Source: Trichoplax adhaerens (Eukaryota; Animalia; Placozoa). Taken from it: a stretch of DNA of 64,000 nt. The stretch is from the NCBI RefSeq assembly GCF_000150275.1, contig NW_002060947.1, positions 7,425,880-7,489,879 of the forward strand, written 5' to 3'. This document shows, piece after piece, positions 11,401-23,700 of this stretch. A program made the position numbers and the translations under genes. The notes under the pieces were generated by a model. That model had not been told where the DNA came from and did no database searches. It was given only the letters and a program-made list of their open reading frames with translations. Positions within the stretch are counted from its first letter, which is position 1, and the number at the start of each line of letters is the position of its first letter.

Positions 11401-14400
11401 ATACCGCAAAGGTTTACTAACATTAAATATATCTAAATGTATACTATTTTTATTAAAGCGGTAAGACACACAACCGTGAAATTCTCTAACTAAAAAGGCT
11501 TAGTACTCTATGGAGTATGAAAACTTCATTGAGTTATAGCTGTTCAAAAACTTGCGTTTTATTCATCAAACTTGTCAACCTTGCAAAAATTGCCATCGGA
11601 AAGAGCTATCACATATCAACAGGTGTATTTCAATAACGTAATTTTGTGCTACCTTCAGGATTATCTTGAATACTGTCGAATGTACCAAAGCAAATCATCT
11701 ATGGGCTAATTTATGCTTCAGTCAATTGATTAAACTACAGAAGTTGCATCGGAGTAATGTAATCTTACTTAAAATAATGATATTACTAATTTCCTCTTCA
11801 CCATAGCTGTCATGCTTAAAATCCAGCTACAAACTGTCAATTCTTAAACATAAGATAGACTTTCCTGTAAGTCAACAATCAAACTATAGTATTACACAAT
11901 TTTTAAATCATGTTTTCTTCCTATTCTTTATATTCTGAATAGACTATATTAAACGATAAGTTTATAAACATAAAATTTTGGAAGCGCGGTCAAGCATTAT
12001 AAAACCTCAATCAGTTGATTGTAGAATTTTGAAGCAGTAATATATCTGAGCAGTAATTTTATTGAAAAAAATACCTGCTGGGAACTGATGATGGTGCTTA
12101 AAACAAATATGACACTATTAACCAATGGAGATGTTGTATTGTCGAAAAGTCCTTGAGTATCGATTAAAACTACCGCCACCTTTAGATGAAGATAAATTAA
12201 AAATACTATTACTGATACAAGATAACATAACATGAATTAGACAAATCATCGACAGCCTAATTTAATTTTAAAAATTTTTATTCCTTGGATATCGATTACA
12301 ACTAAAGCCACCTTTAGGGGAAAATAAATTAAAAGCTATGCTACTGATAAAAGATAGTATAACATAAATTTTAAAAATCTTCTATAGTGTTATTTAATTT
12401 AAAGCTAATTCTATCTTATAAAATTTTTATCGATTAGTACGTGGAAATATAGTCGTTAGTCTGGAATAAATCTATTCAAATACTAATTGCCTATCATCAA
12501 ACAAACCTCTTCCCCATCAGGTAGCTGAACCAAAAATGGTCTATGCCACATGTACATGCCGGTAGTTACGCGTTTACTAGAGCGTTTCCATTTAAATCCT
12601 CGAATATGATCAATGTGATCGTGATCAAGCCAATCAATGGAACGATTATTAGACCGTTGATGATTAGCAATCTGTGGATTTAGAATCAAATTTAGTTATT
12701 CTCTGTCGCATAATGGCTGAACGGCTATTGCAAATTGATTAGCATGCTAACTTCGGATGCTTTTGAATATACTGCGATAATGAACTACAAATTGGATTAT
12801 TAAATTTGATGAAGCTTAGTAATATTATCACCTGTTTTTCAAGATAGAAGCGGAAAAAATTTAATAAAAATGACTTTCCTTGACGGTATTTGCCATTAAT
12901 AGACACAACGACCACCTTTTTATCGCGAAAATCTTCACGCATTAAGACTGATTCTAGTGCAGCCTCGTTTAACTGCAAATTGTTCTGGTTTTCAACGTTT
13001 AATATCTGAACAGCGACTGTTATAGAATATTAGAAAGCAGACAAAGATTAAGCTTTAATTCAACCCTTATTAATTGAAAGTTTTACCGCTTACCTTGTTC
13101 GGTAAGTGGCTCGTTGATTTCCTTCTCTGCCTTGGCATTAACATCTTTCTTAGCAAAATTGAATTTATCAAACCCATTCTTGGTATTATGATTATTATTC
13201 GCGTTCTTGATATTTTCAACATCTGCAAAGAATACAAATCAAGATCTGATGACTAAGTCTAACATTAAAAGTTCTATATTTTACTAGAAAACCAACAAGT
13301 TGCAAAGCAAATTTAAGCCAGTCTAATAATAACATTTCATGAAGTTCAGTATTTAGTTTAGGATTAAACTTTGTCATAAATTTTGCTGTAAATTAGCGAT
13401 CATAGCTTTTACTTATGGCTTCACTTGCTAATGGAGCAATTAAAGATTTTAAGTGAAATGGTCTATGGCAAATTATTAATCTATTCGTTATTAAATGTAC
13501 AATCTGCTCATATTTGTATGTCTAAACGGAAAAGTAGCGTTAATCAAAATACAGTTCATGTAATGGTTGTAGTAATTATTGTGCATTTTAGAATTATACT
13601 TTATCATAGACCAATAAATTGTGACTTTAACGATTACTTCAATTAAAAGAGGACGTGAAATTAACATTAGAAAGGTCGAATCAATTTTTATTCCAGTTTA
13701 ATATTTTTGCTGTACTTTCAAGCTTATCGTTTCATAATTTACTGGAAGCTTAATTCAAAGTTATATTTTTTTGACTTTGATTTCGATCAGCTATCATATC
13801 AATTTAATAAATTGCCTAATCTTCACCCAATATTATCATTGAAGCATACATTTATGTTTGTTGTTATTATTTTCTCCTCTTGGGTGATCATGGATTAGTA
13901 TTACGTCGGCAGTTAAAAAAGTCCTGGATACTATATAGGCTATAAACGTTGTCATCACTATTTATTTCTATAAAGGATCAAGCTATCTACTAGAAATATG
14001 CTAATCATTACTATTGTTATGATCTGGTTGTGAAATAAATTAAATCGATCCTTAATGTTCACAAGCCCAAGTTGGTAAAACGTCCATATGTCAAATAAAA
14101 GTATCGGGGTTATCTTGCTATTTTCTGATACCTTAATGCTCTTCAGAGAATAACATAAGCACAAGACATTTTATCATCGCTTTTTTCTGCTCATTTCTTA
14201 TGTAGTTTTATGCTATCTTACAGATGAAATCATCTTAGACCTATGCAATAATTGTAATTACTAGGAAGCAAAACGACATTTTTCAATTCTATAATACGTC
14301 TTCTCTTCGGTATTTTCTTTCTAATATTAGTTAGCCTATGTCAGCAATTCCAGTTGGTAACATCAATAATAATCGAGCTAATAGTTTTTTTCCCGGGAGA

Positions 14401-16054
14401 TTTTGCTTTAATCTATGATTTATTTTTCCATCTAAATTTCAAGTTGCTGTAGAATCTAAGCTTTCAAGCAGGCTAAGTGCCTAAGGTGTATTTGCTTTAG
14501 TCATGTACTTATAAAAGTAAATTCGTAATCATGTCATTTCACAACTTGCTGCTTAATTCCTGCATAGCCGGGAATATTCTACGTATAAAAATTATGGAAC
14601 AATGAAATTTCACATTCAAGAGCTGTTTAAAAACCAGGTATTTATAAAAATCAAATAGTACGACTGGAAATGTTGCAACCAAGCTATAATATCGTGCTAT
14701 ATAGAGCAATCGTCTCATAAGCTGCCCTCTAAATGGCTCTAATGTTACATTAAAAAAATGAAATTCCGATAACGTACTGTCTAAAATCTTAATGTCGGAA
14801 ATTTGATGAGAATTGTTTTGTTGATCGTATCTACCGTCAATTCATGCCCAATATTCAGAGGATCTGGTGAAAATAGCCTACAGAAATCAACATTTGCAAC
14901 TTGTGACTAAATTAACTCAATGTTTTTTGTAAAAAGGAGCATAGGAAATCCCTTTAAGCAATTCTAAGAAAAATACGTTCTATGTGACCGTAACGATAAG
15001 TATGAATTTCGCAACTGGAAATTTTGCCCCTAACATATCCTATTAAATATTAATGAGTCTTTAATACCGTAGAGAAGTAACATTAGGTCGTACTAACGAT
15101 AATTCTAGGATTACCAAAGTCTAATAAATTAATGGGTACATAATGATACGATCAACTAGAGAACGCATTATTGTGTGAGATTAAGGTTTTGCGCGTCTTT
15201 AGCGACAGATCCAAAATTTAGACTCGTGCTACGTTAGACATAATCTTAGGACCTAGCGTAATAGTGCAAGCTATTACAGATACGTATAGACTTCATAAAC
15301 TACCATAATATACAGGTATTACAGTCTGATTTTATTAAATATACTGGACCAAATTATAAAGATGAAGGAAGACGATGATAGTAATTGGGAATGATCATGT
15401 TATGAATAGAAAAATAATTACTCTATGTATAATTTATTGAAAAGTAAGTCTGAAAAATCTATTGAAGCACCAAAATGATAGAATATGCTCAAGAAGTCTC
15501 AAAGATTTCGAGATTTTGACGCATACTATCGAGCACTCACTACAGCTATGGACATATTTCATATTAACAATATTTTAAATTACGAACACTGATAAGCAGC
15601 TTACTTTCGTAATAACTCTTTGGAATAGTAGGTAACAGAAAGGAATCATCAATGGGAACTTTCGATGCTCCTAAAGGTGGTTGGTGAACGTCAGATAAAG
15701 ACAGAACAACATATTCATCGGATAATTTCTCTAGATGGATAAATACATTAATTGTTAATTATCGATGAATTATAGGTAAAGAAATAAAGTCCAACGTAGA
15801 ATTAAAAACAAAAACAATTTTCATCTTATTACGTGTCTAACGGCAGAAAACATGTGACAAAAAATAAAATAGACGTTTAATCGCCTGATTAAATGCTATC
15901 TAAGGATACTTTAATAGCATAGATAAAATCCTATCACATCGGATGGACTACTATTAACAATCCAACGATATCAAAATAAGAAATTGCTTCAACAGAAATC
16001 GTAATGATTAATAAATAAATACCGACTCTTACCTGTGCTCAGATTTTCCGCCAT
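8403..16054 (-). CDS. Atlastin/GBP-family large GTPase with long coiled coil and single C-terminal transmembrane anchor
   Basis: Exons 16054-16033, 15730-15605, 13222-13094, 13016-12832 (P-loop VVVVSINGKYRQGKSFLLNF), 12671-12507 (GFKWKRSSKRVTTGMYMW), 12179-12075 (LIDTQGLFD), 10999-10949, 10829-10773, 10650-10555 (LTFLVRDW), 10474-10336 (CYLFPYPG), 9913-9786, 9695-9639 (LPEPK), 9559-9488 (ATAEA) and 9212-8403. Phases are consistent. The three 5'-most exons rest on splice signals and phase only and are less certain. Confidence 0.85.
10050..10330. repeat. Intronic degenerate tandem repeat, about 3 x 110 bp
   Basis: atctcttagt..ct..at..attag.t.a.tttgt.taat recurs near 10073, 10179 and 10285. Confidence 0.55.
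11045..11440. repeat. Intronic direct duplication (~110 bp, 2 copies)
   Basis: tagtctt.tagtagtgaaaat ... ttgaccgatgaaac.ctaat occurs at about 11047-11140 and 11331-11440. Confidence 0.6.
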
Positions 16055-19000
16055 GTTTAATTTATTTCTATTAGCAACAACCAGATTCTTCACCGGGTAT
16101 ATTAAATAGAATAGAACCTTCTAATATATCCTACAAACTCTACTCTATTTTAGAGAAACAAAGCCTTGAAAATACTTCGATCTTATTGTAGAATAAGAGA
16201 AGCAATGATCATTAAGGTTAAGGCTAGTTCTGAATAAGTTCTGCAATAAAAATTAATTATACTATAATCACTACGGTGTAATCGGCTGATGAATAATGGG
16301 ATACGGTGCACTGCTTAGATGGTGTTAACAAACACTTACAGATAGGATGAAAAAGTGAGGATACCACTGTTGATCAATTAGAAGGACAAATTCAAATGAT
16401 AGCGAGTATTATGAGCCTATTTTAGATTACTAATCTTAAATAATAAGTATTTAATTATCGGTCGGCTGATTCTAAAAGTAGAGAAATGTTTGAAAAAAGC
16501 AGAAAGGATAACAGCAATATGCACAGGTAATATGTATATTAGCTACATCCAAACAATTTTAATCCTTATATCTTATTGGAGAACTATACTCGTATAGATA
16601 TATACTATTTATTTATTTATTAGCATTAAAAATAGTAGGGGAAAATTGGATCAATTCAATAATGTAACACTAGCGTTGATCTCACATTATACACTATAGC
16701 TAAAACCTTGAGCAGAGCTTGGGGTCTGCAATGAACTAGAATTTCTCTGATTTCGGGATTGGCTTAAAATAACAAACAAACTCGATGCATTATGATCATA
16801 CAAATTTTTCATTGAAAGAAATGATTACTTGAACCTATGGGATTTCATCAGACACTCGAAGTTATTACACCGATTAATAGTAAAAATATTAATTAAGAAA
16901 TGGAGAATTTACTAAAATTCTTACCTTCAACTGATGCAGTCGATGGATCAAAAATCGTACAAATAAGGACATGAATTTTATTGCGCAAATTGTAATGACC
17001 GAGTAATAATCTCTTACTATTACTGTAGGTTCACTTTTTACGTAACCCCAAATTTGAATTAACGAAATTGAGCAATTCCCTAATGTGACACACTAATATA
17101 CTAGAAATAATGCAAGTGAGCCGTCTCATCCTATTAGCATCTACAATTAGCTGAAATCATTACATAGTACCAGAAAAATAGGAAGGTACGCTAAACTGAC
17201 TGTCTTGGACTTTTATATGTTCTAATAATTTTTTAATTTAGAAAAAAATGATTCGATCAAGTAGATCACTAGTATTGCTCATGTCAATGTCATGACTTGC
17301 GCATTCTATGTTATATGCTGTGGAGATACCTTTAATGAATAATATTTTGATTCGATTTTAACCTGGCTGTCATTGGTTAAGGTTATTATGTTGATGATTG
17401 GACTACTTTCGTACCCTGCAGACAAGCTATAATATCAATTAATTAGAATAACCTTGAAGTCGTAGTGCTATATTGGTGAGGTCGTGAGGATAATCAACCT
17501 CGCCCTGTGGATGAATGCCTGAATGATTGATTAAAATCGCTATGTTCTACAAGTTCTATAACTAATTATCCAGTTTCACTCTGATATTGTAAGCATATCT
17601 AAAAAATAACAAAATATTACCTGATATAGGTTTAGGGGTTCAATTTTAAAGGATTAATCGCGTATTTGCATACCCTGCTAGCAAGGTATGTCAGTAACAC
17701 TAAAGACTGTCAATTTTTGATATTTCAACATTTGGCAATGGCTAGGTATTACTAGCTAGCGTGTTAATCATAATACGATTGTATCATGTAGCTTTTAACG
17801 CATCGGTGGTCGGTGGAGATTAATGTAGCGGGTGTATGTACGTGACCTTTTTGTAATATTTATGATTAATATTCAAGCAAAGTTGCTTATCCAATTTGGC
17901 TTATGTTTAACTTATTAAGATATCTATCTGAGAATATTCTAAAATCAAAATATTTTGTAAATTAAATAAAATCAAGGTCAAATATAGTAGAAAATAAATA
18001 TTGCTTATTATTAAAGATGGATACGAAATGTTTTACAATCGCCAGTCTTACTCTTGCAAATTTCTAATGAAGGAAAAAGTCCTTTGCAAAATAGATCGAT
18101 TGAAATGAAATATATTGAACCTCCTTAATGGATGCTATCCATACCGTCCGTACCTTGCAGAGTTATAACTAATTATCGTAGTGAAATTCGCAGCTAAAAT
18201 GATTCCTTCCAAGCTTTGACTACCATAAGTTCCCTGAAATTACCACTTAGATCATCCAAAATGACATAATTACATATTCATTATCTATATGTTATACTTA
18301 ACGATAGTCTATATGGTGATAATCAGTCATATAAGTGTAAATCTCAGGAATGTATAATTAATGCAAATCATGCAGTTTAAAGGGTTACTTTAGCTAATTA
18401 ATTATTCGGTAGGAAATAATAATTATAATCACTACGATATTATACGCGTAGTATAGTTAGCCTAAATACAACTTATTAAAATAATACGTGTAAATCCAAA
18501 TCAGTCTTTTCCCGTATCTTCTATCAAAAGCTGATAACTAAAAATGTCATTATTACCATCATACGATTATAAATTTGATTAGGTTAACCCTTCATGACAT
18601 GCTCCACGTTTTCATTTATACACTGTATTAGCGGTTACGAAGATAAGTTAAAGTTCTCACGGGGATTGACCGTAACAATTATACTAGTTACAAATTTGTC
18701 GCAAATCGATAATATCAATTTGTAGGGGCAAAAGATTGGTTGGTAGTATGTTAGTTGTTGAACTTATTTCTTGTTCTAAAATGAAAGACACTGCGTCTCT
18801 TAGTTTCCGACAAAAGATCAATTTGGCTTCGCTTGTCAATTTAAAGCCTGATTTCAACTTCAGCAGTTATATCATTTTTTTCAGACCCTGTTTATCGCTT
18901 TTTATGTATATATATTTCAAGATATTCAATAATTGCCAATTCTAGAGATAATCTTGCAATACCATTAGCAGTTGCTTCACTCGTAGTTATAAAACTAACT

Positions 19001-20795
19001 GCTATACGATTAAAACAGAATAAATGATATCATACATACCATTATATAAGATTAGATTCTATAAAACGTTCAATAAAAGCATTAAGTTAACATCATGAGG
19101 TTCTTTTTATTAAATATTAATTAATTAACAGTTATAGTGTATTATAATTAGCCCTGACAATACCACCTTTGGTTTCATTTTTATTCGTTATCCAATATAG
19201 AAATATATCTTCACTATCTTCATTATTTAGGTTTTGAATATGGATACATAAGCGTTATTGATAACGATACAATAGCAAGTCCTTATCATTTGATTAGCCA
19301 ATCACAGCTGCAAGAAGTTTTATTTTTCAGTCATGATTAGCACTCAATATAATTATTATCTCACAGCACAACAATGTAATCTACTGAATGTATTTTGCTA
19401 AATTCAATCAACATAATCATTTGACACATTGTTACCATTTTGATTCATGATGCTAATGAAAGATCGATCAAAGGTTTCAAATTTTTACTATACTTGCTTA
19501 ATAAGCTAAAAAACCTCATTTGATCTGCTTCGTTAATCCACGTTCAGTCCATTGGCTGGCTAGAAATAAAAAGTTATTGACTCCAATATACTCACTAAAT
19601 TCGTTAGATAGATGATATCAACAAAAATTCATCGTTTATGTGATATTAAATAGGGAGCATAATCGCTTGCAAGTTATCAATCTAACCGATCATATTTCCC
19701 GTTATTTGAGATAGCTAATCTAATATTACCACTTCAAATAGTTGAGATCACTTTTCAAAAGACTTTCAGTAGATGTTTAAAATATCCTAATTTCTGACAC
19801 CATCAAGCATAATATGAGGTAAGTAAAATAGCCAAACTCTCAAGAAATCTTGTCAATGAAGCGAAAGCCCATCCGAATACTTTACGGCTGACATACATTT
19901 TAGATCACCCATTTCACGCTCTATTTTAGCAGTCATATACTAAAAAGACAGCATTTTATTTTTGTTTCATTATCGCTAATGGGTAATTTCTTATCATTTA
20001 TATTCATGGATACCATTTTTTGATGCAATAAATAGAAGTAGAGGGGCAACCTATTTTATAGCTATTTTTCCCCTTCTTGAGGTACAAAATCTTTTATGAT
20101 GATTGGTTTTAGGAGCGCTGAAGAAGTAAATTTAGCTTCCTTAATCATAGTTTGGTACAACGAAAATATTTCTTACACCAAATTTATAAAGTATTATTTT
20201 TCTTGCTTGTATGCATTAATTAAAGCGAGTTTATTTCTATTGCTTTCTAATTTCGAACAACAATAAAGTCAAGATCATTAGTGTAGCAGAACTTATTTTC
20301 ATTGATTGAACACCTGGTCAATTTTTTTTTATTTGCTCATTACCAGTTTGAATACTTATTTTTACGGTAGAAATTCAATTTCGTAATCAGCATGTTTTAG
20401 ATTTAAAAAAATTAATAAGCATTACTGCCCAAGCAAATCATAAGTAGCCTAAAAGTAGAAAGAGTTAGAGTCCAAGATATTTGCCTGTCGCTAAATTTCA
20501 TTTCGGTACGATTAATTAAGAAAGAACTGCTTTAGACGTAAAATTTTTATATCAGTTAATAAACTCATTTACTCAGCTATATACTATTGCTAATTGAAAA
20601 GATTGCTTCATCGGCATCATCTGAATAGGAAAATCGCAGCTAAAATAGTTCAGTAATTGAGAATAGTTTTAACTATTTACCATGAAAACAACTCGAATGA
20701 CTTTAAACACTTCAAGTCCAAGAGAGGAGAAAGGGCTATCTAAATTCGTCTCAATCATTCATTTTCTATTTTAGGGATAGAACGTTACAAGAACC

Positions 20796-23700
20796 ATGAC
20801 GTCGTCTAGTTTCAATTTCATGACAATCTTTTTCCTGTCTATAATTTCAATCACATATGGTAAGTTAACAAGAAATTCAACAGATCGATGTTATATCTAC
20901 ATGCAATAATTTTAAGTTAGAATTGAACAAGTGTTATAATTAGTCATACGTATAAAATTTCGCTTCCATTGCATGACAATAATTTCTACATCGGTAAAAA
21001 CTAAAATCGTAGCCGAATAGTGACAAATGCTTCACTAAAGTTGTCGTAAATATGCTATCATTTAGGTTTAACTTATTTTTCTGAAAACCCAAAAAGTTAT
21101 TATTTAGCTGGAAACGTGCCTCATGTTAACTTTTCGTGTAAATTACAAACCGATTTACGTCACTATTATTGGATAATCGATTGGTATGATGGTCTGGAAC
21201 GGATTGATCCACATATCAAGACTGGAAGGAAAACATTTTCCATAACCAACTTTTTTTATCCTAATACAACCTCTATGACAGAAACGGCATTAACCGTTAC
21301 TTTCTCGAATACAAGTACAATATTTTGCATGAAGCTATGAATTCTATTGCGTTGCTTATAACTACAACAATACTATGAAACTAAATTCAGAGTCAGGACT
21401 CATTTATAACCTGAGTAAGTATTACATCCTTTGTATTATTTCATTTTTTACCCACTGGCCAACTATTCAATTAGTTCTGCGTATCACAGTTAACGAATAT
21501 AAAGTATCTACGCAATAATGATGGTATTTGTCTTTTTATAAGATCTTTATTTATGATTTGATAGCAGTCTAAAGCGGCTAGTAGATAATATCCTATCAGA
21601 GTAGATGGCTTCCAAAGCAATAGAAATCAATTTGACACTATTTGAATATTTCTATGACCGAGCTTAGTAATATATCGTATGCAATATTTCATTTTGAACC
21701 TTGTAGTCGACTATTCAGTTAGTTCTGTCTATCACAATCAAAGAATAAAATGTCTACGATATAATGATGGTATTTACCTATCTAAGGGATCTCTATTTAT
21801 TAATAGATAGCGGTAAAAAGTAGTCTGATAGGTATAGTGCTATCAGAGGAGATTAATTTGAAAGTGATGAAAATTAATTTGACTCTTTCATAAATCATAT
21901 TCAACTGTAATCTTATTTTCGGATATTTATTAATTTTAAAGGACAAGTTACGTTAAAAGGGAATCCAAAAAGCCAAATCAAGCGTACTTATAATTCGTTA
22001 ACAATAGAACGCGGTGATATATTAGAATTACCTCTACACGCTAAATATAAGTTTGAATGGGAATCTGCACCTTTGAATGAACAAACCCAAGATAATTTTA
22101 ATCGAATTAAGACTACAAATCGAGTTTTTGTAACATCCACTGGGCAACTGGTCTTCGCTTATTTAATAAAAAATGATAGCAGACGCTATAAACCTATTCT
22201 AAAGATAGAAGGATATCGTCGAAATCATACCATAGAGGGCGATATTTTCAAACTCACTGTTAAGGATCCGGGTAAGTTCAATGGTGTGGAATTGCATGAA
22301 TAATGTAAGAAATAGCATTTCAGATATAGAAATAGAAATGGAAGTATGGCTGTGATAGACGCTTAACGGAGAATATCGAATGAGCTATTAGATTTTAATC
22401 GAACTTTTGATAGCTTTATAAGGAGATATCAAAGTGCATAAAGCTGCAATAAATTCTAATCTAGGATGTTGGAGTTGATTAAAATTGATTTAAATTGTAT
22501 CTATCTAAGATTGATTACCTTTGTTTTTTTCAATTGCAGATGGTTGCCGGAAAGATTGCAGTATGTATTTTAAACGAATTCATAATTCCGTGCTTATACT
22601 CTTAAATAGTTTCAATCTTTTTCTCTTGGTCTTCTTTTTGTAACTATGTTGTACAGAGATTAAATTTTATCATATTAACGTAAATATAATCTCTAACCAT
22701 ATCATCCACTAAATTTAATTATCCGAAATAGAAGTCAGTGTTCGCATGATGGTTAGAAATAAAACTATAAAAGCGCTTATAAACTCTGCCGTTACCTTAG
22801 AATGCATTGCAACTGGCAGGTAAGTCATATTTTTTCTCTCTGATTTCATCATAAGATATTTCATTTGGATAGTAAGCTACTTAAAACTATTTAATACCAA
22901 ACTTATTCATATAACGTTAAATTTCTAAGTCATGGCATTCAAGTACGATATTGTAGGAATTTTACAGTTAATAACTGCTAATAATTAATGTCAACGTTCT
23001 CAAGTTATCAAAATTGCTTTTTAAATCAATAGCTTATATTAATCATCATCATCATGGTGATGATCATTTATTAGTTTAATTTCAGTTTTTAGGACATTAG
23101 CATTTTGTCTATTTGGTAGAAATTCTTATTTATCTCAGAACTAGATTCTAGTTTTTACGATTTTCGTAGTATTCTTGAATGAAGTCGACTATAGAATATT
23201 CAGTTTAGATCACGTGCTTATTAAGGAAAATCTAAAGTTTAAATTAGTCACATTTAATTTCTCAGCTATAACAATCAAGTACGGCTTTATTTTTATAAGT
23301 AGCTATTGCTTATGGCTGCTAGTATCACATTTATTAAGTTGTCCGTTATCGTTTAGGTCAGTTAATGATGCTAACCAACATCAAAATGCTGATTGTAATT
23401 TTATTTGAGTTTCAACCTTTATAAGCACGTCTCGTTTATTTTTTATCTATTCCTTTTAGTTCGTAAGATCTAGAATCTATTTTCAAATTTTGTAAGCATT
23501 CTTTATTGAGGTCAACTAAAGAATATTTAATTTAGATTATGAGCTAAGTAATAAATTTCCAATTTTGTATATGTTCTACTATATTTAATTTCTCGGTCAT
23601 AACTATCAAGTACTACAAAATATTTATGTAAAAGCAATCGTCAATGACTGCTAATATTAGTTTATTTATGACAATTCATGATGGTATAAAACGATTATAA

